From positions 4,293 to 68,292 of the forward strand of contig JABDGD010000004.1 in NCBI GenBank assembly GCA_013286205.1: a stretch of 64,000 bases of DNA, read 5' to 3'. The stretch is from Candidatus Firestoneibacteriota bacterium (GTDB lineage Bacteria; Oederibacteriota; Muellerivitia; Muellerivitales; Muellerivitaceae). Both the position numbers and the translations under genes were made by a program. Of this stretch, positions 16,664-24,368 are shown piece by piece (positions within the stretch are counted from its first letter, which is position 1; each line of letters begins with the position of its first letter). The notes under the pieces were generated by a model that was not told the DNA's origin, ran no database searches, and worked only from the letters and a program-made list of their open reading frames with translations.

Positions 16664-17464
16664 TTAAACTGAGACCTCTAAAAACTCGCCATTTAAGCCC
16701 GCAATGATTCTCTCTAGATATTTCATCATACTAGTTTCGATCAACATGATTTCTTCAAGTGACAAATTTATTTCGCTATCTAAAACCAGTTGCTCTTTAA
16801 AATTTCTAGGAAAGACTTCTTCTACTTGTTTTAAAGTTTTAGAATTAACAATCGCTCCATCATGAACAATTGAATGTCGACAAGCTTGACTTACAATAAT
16901 ATTGTTAACATTTACATCTTTGGTGATTGTTAGATGAAGATAATTCTTGAAAGCCTTGTAAACACTTTGCATGTCCTGAAAACTAATTTCTTTCTTAGAA
17001 GAAAAGACTTCTGCCAATATCTCTTTACGCGCGACTTCAATAATTTTTTCTAGTTCGCCAAAAGTTAACTTCATTTCTTCTTTTTTAAGATGGCCAAGCT
17101 TTTTCTTTTGAAAACCATAAGTAAGACTCGAAACAAACACATCGCTTAAAGCCGATGCGAAATGTGAAACCAACAACACTAACGCTTGATTAAAAATAGT
17201 TCCGTAATGTGTTCTTAATGAATCGTTCTTTTGAATATTTCTGAGGTTTTCTAAAGTCTTATCAACTGACAAATGCGGATTATCAAGCTTGTGATGTTGT
17301 TTTAGTTTTTCAGAGAGTTTTTCAAGATCGGTAATTGCCGTGCTTAAAACTATTCGATCGAAATTAATGAGATCGTTCACAATTTGGACGTTTTTTTCAA
17401 ACGTCGTAATAATTTTGGAATTGATCTCTTTTAGAGTTGGTGTTGCTAAAACTGACGCTGGCAA
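16664..17464 (-). CDS. Hypothetical all-helical protein with HEPN-type RxxxxH motif
   Basis: QALVLLVSHF..., ISFQ, CRHSIVHDGAIV; TTG start with GGAG RBS. Confidence 0.6.
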   Translation of the reverse strand: MPASVLATPTLKEINSKIITTFEKNVQIVNDLINFDRIVLSTAITDLEKLSEKLKQHHKLDNPHLSVDKTLENLRNIQKNDSLRTHYGTIFNQALVLLVSHFASALSDVFVSSLTYGFQKKKLGHLKKEEMKLTFGELEKIIEVARKEILAEVFSSKKEISFQDMQSVYKAFKNYLHLTITKDVNVNNIIVSQACRHSIVHDGAIVNSKTLKQVEEVFPRNFKEQLVLDSEINLSLEEIMLIETSMMKYLERIIAGLNGEFLEVSV

Positions 17465-17696
17465 TTTCTCCGCCTTTTAAGCTTTTGAGTCTTTCAAACT
17501 TCATTCAAGCTCTGTCCAATTCTACCCCCACCCCTAAAACACCGGCTGGTAATTCCCTTATGGAAAACGGCAATCCCAAAAAGCCGTTGACGAAGCGTCT
17601 TTTTTAAACAAAATGTCCCCGAAATTTTATTAATCCCCTAGCGGGGACTAACTCCCCCACAAAAAGCGTCGGGGATCATTCGAAAGGACTCCTTAT

Positions 17697-19097
17697 ATGA
17701 CGCCTGAAAACACCGTATTAGCCCCTACTGCCAACTCTAATAATGGCGAGTTGGCCTCCTCTAATTCGGGGATTTCGTCTTCGACTCAACAACCAATACG
17801 TAAAGCCACCCTGACCAAGGTAGCCATCCACCAAATATGGCCTAACCCCCAGAACCCCCGGTCGGTCTATAGCCTCGAAGACATTCAAAATCTGGCGGCC
17901 AACCTGAAGGCCTCGGGCCAGCGCAGCCCTATAAAGCTGGTACCCCTGACCGAGTTAGAAAAGGCCCAGTTACAGAACGGCTATGAGTATAAGCTTCTGG
18001 GCGGGCACATGCGCCGGGAAGCGGCGCTGACCCTGGGTTGGGATAGCCTGGATGCACTGATCTTCGACTTAACCCCCGATGAGGCCGAGTTGGAGATGAT
18101 CTTAGACAACCGGGTGATCGAACTACCCTGGCTGGATCAGTACAAGGTCATTGAGGCCTATAAGGCCAAGAACCCGACCCTGAGCCAAGAAGCCCTGGGT
18201 GCCCGGTTAGGGGTAGACCAGGTGACCATTAGCCGGGCTTTGAAGACCTTAAAGTACCTAAATCAGGGTTCCCGGGAGCTGGTTTATTCAGTCTGCATAA
18301 AACCGGGTGCCGCGCTTCAGGGTGGCAAGATGGTAGCCTTGGCTTTAACCGCCTTAGAAGACCCCGAAAAGGTCGAGCAAGCCCTGCGGGTAGCCCTCGA
18401 CCGGAAGATGACGGAAGCCCAAGCCAAGAAGCTGGTCGAATGGGTGCAGGGGGGCAATGAGCCGGAGGCATACAAACCCGCAAAAGAAGTTAGGAGTTCG
18501 AAGTTAGAGAGTTCGGAGTTAAAGGAACAAACACATCCTCACCCCAGCGCAAATATACCTCTAGGACAACCAAGTCATATCGCTCAACCAAAAGTCTTGG
18601 AGCAGGTGAAAGCCTTAACTTCTAACTCCTCACTTCGAACTTCTAACTCAAAAGCCGTTCCTGCCCCCGCGGCCAACCGCCAAATGTCCGAAACGGAAAC
18701 CGTCTTATGGAGTGAGGCGGTCGGCATTTCTATCGTGAGCCGCATTAAGGCCAAAATTAAAAAGGGCGAACGGCCTAACTTGTTTGAGGTTTTAATTTTG
18801 GCGGTTCATACCCTGGGGACAGGCCTGGCCTGGGTAGCCAAGCAGGTTTGGAAAATGGCTAAGCCGGTCGCCAAGGTTCTTTGGAAACTTTTAAAAGACG
18901 GCGTGAAGCTAACGCTAAAGGCTTTAGGCCGGACGGTCTATAACCTGGTTCGCGTAGTCTTAGTTTTGACAGTGCTGGGGCTATTGGGCTGGTTCGCCTG
19001 GGAATTTTATAAGAATGGCCATCATCCCCGGCAAGCTTTACTCACTATCGGCAAGACCCTAATAGATTGGGCGGTTCTTCTCTGGCGCCAAGGATGA
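17697..19097 (+). CDS. ParB/Spo0J-like protein with HTH and C-terminal membrane anchor
   Basis: PNPQNPR, GQRSPI, GGHMRREA (GxxR box), LSQEALGARLGVDQVTISRAL HTH, hydrophobic VVLVLTVLGLLGWFAWEFY. Confidence 0.8.
   Translation: MTPENTVLAPTANSNNGELASSNSGISSSTQQPIRKATLTKVAIHQIWPNPQNPRSVYSLEDIQNLAANLKASGQRSPIKLVPLTELEKAQLQNGYEYKLLGGHMRREAALTLGWDSLDALIFDLTPDEAELEMILDNRVIELPWLDQYKVIEAYKAKNPTLSQEALGARLGVDQVTISRALKTLKYLNQGSRELVYSVCIKPGAALQGGKMVALALTALEDPEKVEQALRVALDRKMTEAQAKKLVEWVQGGNEPEAYKPAKEVRSSKLESSELKEQTHPHPSANIPLGQPSHIAQPKVLEQVKALTSNSSLRTSNSKAVPAPAANRQMSETETVLWSEAVGISIVSRIKAKIKKGERPNLFEVLILAVHTLGTGLAWVAKQVWKMAKPVAKVLWKLLKDGVKLTLKALGRTVYNLVRVVLVLTVLGLLGWFAWEFYKNGHHPRQALLTIGKTLIDWAVLLWRQG
18486..18650. 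repeat. Heptamer-periodic inverted repeat element inside the ParB-like CDS
   Basis: gaagtta ggagttc gaagtta g agagttc ggagtta (18486-18521) and taacttc taactcc tcacttc gaacttc taactca (18616-18650). Confidence 0.75.
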
Positions 19098-19109
19098 ACA
19101 TCAGGAAAT

Positions 19110-19143
19110 AAAAAAGGCTCCCGGAAATTCCAGGAGCCTTTAA
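19110..19143. terminator. Bidirectional intrinsic terminator
   Basis: aaaaaaggctcc-cggaaattcca-ggagccttt between convergent genes. Confidence 0.65.
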
Positions 19144-19162
19144 ACTTAAAACACATTTTTAT

Positions 19163-19525
19163 TTAAGCTTCAGTCAGATCAACATCTTCCAAAAGATCTC
19201 TAAAACTAACACCTAATGCTTTCGCTATTTTTTGAATAACATCCAACGTGGCGTTATAGCCATAATCCAAATCCTCAATGTAATTAAGCGTTCTCAAACT
19301 AACACCGGATTTATGTGCCAAATCCTTTTGAGTCATATGTTTCTTGGTGCGGATATGGACTAAATTCCAAGCTAAACAAGCTTTAGGATCTGGATTTTTA
19401 AGAGACTTGTAAATTTCAGGATTGGTTTTTTTAAGTTTTTTTAAATTATCTTCATGGCTCGTAAAACCACTGAATGTTTTCTTTTTTTCTACTGTTTTCA
19501 TTTCGCTCACCTTATTTATATTCAC
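19163..19525 (-). CDS. XRE-HTH antitoxin-like protein (HigA-like); alternative start 19501
   Basis: RTKKHMTQKDLAHKSGVSLRTLNYIE; overlaps the upstream RelE-like gene. Confidence 0.8.
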   Translation of the reverse strand: MNINKVSEMKTVEKKKTFSGFTSHEDNLKKLKKTNPEIYKSLKNPDPKACLAWNLVHIRTKKHMTQKDLAHKSGVSLRTLNYIEDLDYGYNATLDVIQKIAKALGVSFRDLLEDVDLTEA

Positions 19526-19821
19526 TCGTCTTGTTCTTCAATCTCCTGTACCAATTTTTTTAGCGCCGCAAGTTCCTTAGGGCTCGGCTCCCCTTTTCTC
19601 ACAATGTGAGCTGTCAAAACAAAGAGCGTGTTCAGCTTATGCGAAAAATAAAAATTAACGCAAATCGTCCTATTTTCAGTTTTTACAAGGATCTCAAAAG
19701 GGCCTTGTTTCGGTTTTTCTAATTTTAACTTTCCTATTTGTACCTTATAAGCCGTGTACTCCTTGCCGTTGATGATCCTATTTGAAAACTGCCCAAAAAA
19801 GTTTGACTCTTGGATGTTCAT
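19522..19821 (-). CDS. Putative HigB/RelE (Gp49-like) toxin; may start at 19864 with a T-run frameshift
   Basis: C-terminal FVLTAHIVRKGEPSPKELAALKK resembles the Gp49-type LLHGF.KK...P..EI motif; toxin-first order with XRE gene. Confidence 0.5.
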   Translation of the reverse strand: MNIQESNFFGQFSNRIINGKEYTAYKVQIGKLKLEKPKQGPFEILVKTENRTICVNFYFSHKLNTLFVLTAHIVRKGEPSPKELAALKKLVQEIEEQDE

Positions 19822-20003
19822 AATGTAACCCCTGGTCGAAATTTGTACTGTTAATTGGTTTCATGGTTATCCCCTCAATGTTTGTCTGTTTTAAAATAAA
19901 GCCTCCGCCACTTGGCCGGGGGTCCTCAGTGCACTCTCCGTAATTTACTGATCAACTTCTCGAACCCTAATCCAGCAAAACATTGGACTAAAGCTTCAAA
20001 TCA

Positions 20004-20032
20004 AGAATATGCACTATATTGCACTTTGTCAA
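20004..20032 (-). promoter_or_regulatory. sigma70 promoter with operator-like near-palindrome in the spacer
   Basis: TTGACA-N17-TATTCT on the minus strand; TGCACTATATTGCA at 20010-20023. Confidence 0.6.
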
Positions 20033-20089
20033 GTTTAAAGAAAAGGCTCTCTTGTCCCATTGCCTAAATCCGTTTAAGATACCGCCCTT

Positions 20090-21688
20090 ATGACTGACCC
20101 AACCTTAACAACCGAAATACGCAACGCCGTCGCCAAACGGCGCACTTTTGCCATTATTTCCCACCCTGACGCGGGTAAAACCACGCTCACGGAAAAGCTT
20201 CTGCTTTATTCGGGCATGATTCAAACCGCCGGCATGGTGCGGGGGCGTAAGGGCGGCAAGGTGGCCGTATCGGACTGGATGGGCATGGAACAAGAACGCG
20301 GTATTTCCATCACCGCCTCGGCCATGCAGTTTCCCTATAAGAACGCCATCATCAACGTGCTCGATACCCCGGGGCATCAAGACTTCTCGGAAGATACCTA
20401 TCGAACCCTCACCGCCGCGGACTGCGCCATCATGGTGATTGACGCCGCGAAGGGGGTTGAAACCCAAACCCGTAAGCTGTTCGAGGTTTGCCGTTTGCGC
20501 GGCATTCCCGTGATGACCTTCATGAACAAGATGGACTTGCCGGGCCGGGACCCGCTGGAACTGATGGAAGAAGTCGAGAACGTGTTAGGCATTCACTCCT
20601 CCGCGATGAATTGGCCGGTGGGTTCGGGCCGGGAATTTGTGGGTGTGGTGGAACGGTCAACCCAGGAACTGATTCTTTTCGCGAAAAAATCCGTCGGCGG
20701 CGCCGCCAAAGCGGGCATCGAAAAAATTCCGCTCAGCAGCCCTGAAGCGAAGACTCATATTTCGGAAGAGCTGTGGGAAAAGCTGCAGCACGATATGGAA
20801 TTACTGGAAGTGGCCGGCAACCCTTACAACCACGAGGAATTTTTAAAAGGCAAAGTGACGCCCGTGTTTTTTGCTTCCGCCCTGACCAACTTTGGGGTGG
20901 AAACTTTCTTTGACGCTTTCGTCGACATGGCGCCCCCGCCCAGCGCGCGCGTGGCTGACACCCCTGAGGGTGAAATACTCATCGACCCGGTGGAAACCCC
21001 TTTCAGCGCCTATATTTTTAAACTGCAGGCCAACATGAATCCCAAACACCGCGACTCGACCGCCTTTATGCGCATCTGCTCGGGCCGGTTTGAGCGCGAC
21101 GTGGTGGTGAAAAATCACCGCCTCAACAAAGACCTGCGTTTGTCCCAGCCCCACACCATGCTGGCGGCGGACCGCACGACGTTAAATTACGCTTACCCCG
21201 GCGACATTGTGGGCGTCATTAACCCCGGCGTGTTTGCTATTGGCGATACCATTTCCTTAAAAGGGGGTTTTAACTTCAAACCCCTGCCGTCATTCCAACC
21301 GGAAATTTTCGCGCACATCCGCCCCAAAAATGTAGAGAAGCGCAAACCTTTCGACAAGGGCGTGGCCCAGATGACCGCGGAGGGCACCGTGCAAATGCTG
21401 AGCAGTTGGGATGGTTTGGACTTTTACGTGGCCGCCGTGGGACGCCTGCAGTTTGATGTGCTGCAATACCGCCTGAAGGCCGAGTATGGCGTGGAGACCG
21501 TGCTGGAAACGTTGCCCTATCAATGCAGTGCCTGGCTGGTAGGCGACCCCGACAGCTTTGACCCGCCGGTGCAGGTACTGAAAACCCGCGACCGCATGGA
21601 CCGCCCGGTGGTGTTGTTTAGAACCACTTGGGATAAAGACTACACGGCGAAGAAGTGCCCCGATCATCAGTTTTTGGATATGGCCTAG
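20090..21688 (+). CDS. prfC: Peptide chain release factor 3
   Basis: RRTFAIISHPDAGKTTLTEKLL, SDWMGMEQERGISIT, DTPGHQDFSEDTYR, QANMNPKHRD. Confidence 0.97.
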   Translation: MTDPTLTTEIRNAVAKRRTFAIISHPDAGKTTLTEKLLLYSGMIQTAGMVRGRKGGKVAVSDWMGMEQERGISITASAMQFPYKNAIINVLDTPGHQDFSEDTYRTLTAADCAIMVIDAAKGVETQTRKLFEVCRLRGIPVMTFMNKMDLPGRDPLELMEEVENVLGIHSSAMNWPVGSGREFVGVVERSTQELILFAKKSVGGAAKAGIEKIPLSSPEAKTHISEELWEKLQHDMELLEVAGNPYNHEEFLKGKVTPVFFASALTNFGVETFFDAFVDMAPPPSARVADTPEGEILIDPVETPFSAYIFKLQANMNPKHRDSTAFMRICSGRFERDVVVKNHRLNKDLRLSQPHTMLAADRTTLNYAYPGDIVGVINPGVFAIGDTISLKGGFNFKPLPSFQPEIFAHIRPKNVEKRKPFDKGVAQMTAEGTVQMLSSWDGLDFYVAAVGRLQFDVLQYRLKAEYGVETVLETLPYQCSAWLVGDPDSFDPPVQVLKTRDRMDRPVVLFRTTWDKDYTAKKCPDHQFLDMA

Positions 21689-21697
21689 ACAACTGAT

Positions 21698-21870
21698 AAT
21701 TTTAAATTCTCAATTTTGAATTATGAATTGTTGAATCCCCTGTCGGGGACGGTTTTATGATAACCGAACCACTATCAAAAAATAATCACATCATCAATAA
21801 AGTGCTTAATAAAATATTCCCGTGAGGGAATTTCCATAATTTAAAATTCAAAATTGAGAATTCATAATTA
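21698..21870. repeat. MITE-like element with heptamer-periodic inverted arms
   Basis: Left ttaaatt ctcaatt ttgaatt atgaatt; right aatttaa aattcaa aattgag aattcat aatt; about 105-nt interior with small GC hairpins. Confidence 0.7.
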
Positions 21871-21873
21871 GTA

Positions 21874-22251
21874 TTATTTCTTAGTCGTCTTGCGCTTCAA
21901 GTCCGACAAAAACTCCTTCGCCGGGGTGCCTTTTCTGTCGCGACCGCCGGCCTCAATATCTTCCGCGCCGCCATCATAAAACCCGTGTCCCAAAATCTTT
22001 TGGGCAGCTGGTTGAATGGCCTCAATGAATTTCTGCCATTGAGGGTCTTGCGCCCGAAGCGAATTGAAAATAGCGGAATCCACCGCGCCCCGGATAAAGC
22101 TGGACAAATCCTTAACACCCAGTTTTTTAGCCATTTCTTTCCAGTGTTTTTCCTGGCTGGGCTTGATTCGAAAATTGACCGGAACGGTCTTTTGTTCCTC
22201 GATCTGGATATGGGAAAACAACGGCATTTTATGAACAGTGGCTTTTGACAT
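21874..22251 (-). CDS. Ribbon-helix-helix-like protein, putative antitoxin
   Basis: TVPVNFRIKPSQEKHWKEMAKKLGVKDLSSFIRGAV matches the RHH pattern. Confidence 0.6.
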   Translation of the reverse strand: MSKATVHKMPLFSHIQIEEQKTVPVNFRIKPSQEKHWKEMAKKLGVKDLSSFIRGAVDSAIFNSLRAQDPQWQKFIEAIQPAAQKILGHGFYDGGAEDIEAGGRDRKGTPAKEFLSDLKRKTTKK

Positions 22252-22328
22252 AGGGCGCCCCTCTTTTCTCTATCTGCAATACATAATGTATTACACAACG
22301 TACGACGAGTCAAGACAGTGGGGTAAGG

Positions 22329-22640
22329 CTATGACTTGGGCTCAAATTCGACAATAAAACATGTTTTTTGTTCGAGGCGGTATTCGACTTTTAACATGAA
22401 CCGCAGCCTGCCTTCACTGACGGTCAGCCAAATACGCATATCGTGAAGCGAGGGTCTGGGGTTTTCGAAATAATTATCATCTGGCGGAAAGGTTTCAAGT
22501 TTAGACACGACCTTTTCTAGAACACCCACTACCGTCGGATGCTTTTCATAATAAGCCGCGACTTTAGACTGAATTGAGTCTTCAAACTCAACCGGCCAGG
22601 GATTAGCTTTGATAAATTCTTCATACAATTTACGAGTCAA
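22329..22640 (-). CDS. Small hypothetical protein, possible RelE/ParE-like toxin
   Basis: 103 aa; beta-helix-helix-P..beta-beta-beta layout ending RFMLKVEYRL..CFIVEF; adjacent to the RHH gene. Confidence 0.4.
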   Translation of the reverse strand: MTRKLYEEFIKANPWPVEFEDSIQSKVAAYYEKHPTVVGVLEKVVSKLETFPPDDNYFENPRPSLHDMRIWLTVSEGRLRFMLKVEYRLEQKTCFIVEFEPKS

Positions 22641-22782
22641 TCATCAACACTCCTAAAATAATGTATACATATGTATACTATTCAGCTTTAGAAGGATTTC
22701 AAGAATTTTTTGATGGGCTCCGTTACAAACAGTTACACCTGCCGTCTTGGTTTCGCCCTCTGCTTCGTGTTAAATAAGCTTC

Positions 22783-23580
22783 ATGAAAAACGCGATCATT
22801 GAAGTAAAAAAACTCACTAAAAAGTTCGGCGACTTTACCGCCGTGAATGACATTTCTTTTTCCGTGGCCAAGGGGGAGATTTTTGGCTTTCTGGGGCCCA
22901 ACGGCGCGGGTAAAACCACCAGCATCAAAATGCTCACCACCCTTTTGAAACCTACCAGCGGAACCATTTTGCTGGACGGGCATAACACGGTCAGCGCCCA
23001 GGACGATGTGCGCGCGTCTTTCGGTATTGTGTTTCAAGACCAGAGTTTGGATGACGAACTGACTGCCGCCGAGAATATGGAATTTCACGGCGTGCTGTAT
23101 AAAGTACCCGCCGCCCTACGCAAACAGCGCACCGAGGAATTGTTGAAGATTGTGGAATTATGGGACCGCCGAAACGATTTAGTAAAACAGTTTTCGGGCG
23201 GGATGAAACGCCGTTTAGAAATTGCCCGGGGCCTGCTGCATCACCCCAAAATTTTGTTTCTGGATGAACCTACCGTGGGACTGGACCCCCAGACCCGCAA
23301 CCACATTTGGAATTACATATTGGACCTGAACAAAAAAGAGGGCGTCACCGTGTTCTTTACCACCCACTATATGGAAGAAGCCGACCGGGTGGCCAGCCAG
23401 GTGACCATTGTGGACCACGGCAAAATTATCGCCCAGGGCACTCCCAAGGAACTGAAGAAAAAGGCCAAAGCTAAAACCCTCGAGGACGCTTTTATCAAAC
23501 TCACCGGCAAAAAACTGCGGGATGAGGACGCATCCGATTTGGAATCGCTGCGCAACCAAAAGAAAATGTGGAGGCGCTAA
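22783..23580 (+). CDS. ABC exporter ATP-binding protein (DrrA-like)
   Basis: GPNGAGKTT, FSGGMKRRLEIARGL, LFLDEPTVGLDP, TTHYMEEAD. Confidence 0.95.
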   Translation: MKNAIIEVKKLTKKFGDFTAVNDISFSVAKGEIFGFLGPNGAGKTTSIKMLTTLLKPTSGTILLDGHNTVSAQDDVRASFGIVFQDQSLDDELTAAENMEFHGVLYKVPAALRKQRTEELLKIVELWDRRNDLVKQFSGGMKRRLEIARGLLHHPKILFLDEPTVGLDPQTRNHIWNYILDLNKKEGVTVFFTTHYMEEADRVASQVTIVDHGKIIAQGTPKELKKKAKAKTLEDAFIKLTGKKLRDEDASDLESLRNQKKMWRR

Positions 23581-23582
23581 CC

Positions 23583-24326
23583 ATGGGACCCATCTACATC
23601 ATGTGGCTCAGACAATTAAAACGCTATTCCCGTTCCCGCGCCCGCATGATCGGCTCGCTGGGACAGCCGTTGATCTTTTTATTAGCCTTCGGTTTTGGTT
23701 TTGGAAACATTTATCAAAAAGCGGGTGGCGGCGACTATTTGCAGTTCTTGGCGCCGGGCGTCATTGCCATGGCGGTTCTCTTTACCGCGATTTTTTCCGG
23801 CATTGAGATTATCTGGGACCGTCAGTTTGGCTTTCTGAAGGAAACCCTGGTGGCCCCCGTGTCGCGCTTTAGCATTATGCTGGGCCGCACGCTGGGCGGC
23901 GCCACCGTAGCCCTGCTGCAGGGCACCATTGTGTTTCTCATCGCGCTTTGTTTTGGCTTTCGCCCCAGCCTGGCGGCGGTTCCGCTGGCTTTATTATTTA
24001 TGTTTCTCATCGCCCTGCTCTTTACGGCCCTGGGTACCGCGCTGGCATCGCAGCTCAACGACATGCAAAGCTTTCCGCTGATTATGAATTTTTTGGTGAT
24101 GCCGCTGTTCTTTTTTTCCGGCGCAATCTTTCCCCTGAAAGGCGTTAACGGTGTGCTGACCATTGTGGCTTCCTGTAATCCGCTGGCTTACGGCGTGGAC
24201 GGCCTGCGGGCCTCCTTTGGCGGGGAATCTTTTTACGGGATGGGCGTGGATATGCTGGTGCTGAGCGCCTTCTGCGCTTTCTTTTTAGGGCTGGGCAGCT
24301 GGCTCTTCTCGAAAATTCAGATATAA
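23583..24326 (+). CDS. ABC-2 type permease (DrrB-like)
   Basis: FLAPG, WDRQFGFLKETLVAPVSR, FSGAIFP, NPLAYGVD. Confidence 0.93.
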   Translation: MGPIYIMWLRQLKRYSRSRARMIGSLGQPLIFLLAFGFGFGNIYQKAGGGDYLQFLAPGVIAMAVLFTAIFSGIEIIWDRQFGFLKETLVAPVSRFSIMLGRTLGGATVALLQGTIVFLIALCFGFRPSLAAVPLALLFMFLIALLFTALGTALASQLNDMQSFPLIMNFLVMPLFFFSGAIFPLKGVNGVLTIVASCNPLAYGVDGLRASFGGESFYGMGVDMLVLSAFCAFFLGLGSWLFSKIQI

Positions 24327-24368
24327 GCCCCGGGCTGGCCCCGTATCAGTCATGCTAAAATTCAGGTC

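Noticed and set aside
20090-20170. SXT/R391-like integration at the prfC 5' end explaining the island
   Set aside because: No integrase or conjugation genes, and I found no second copy of the prfC 5' sequence in the window; the adjacency may be coincidental.
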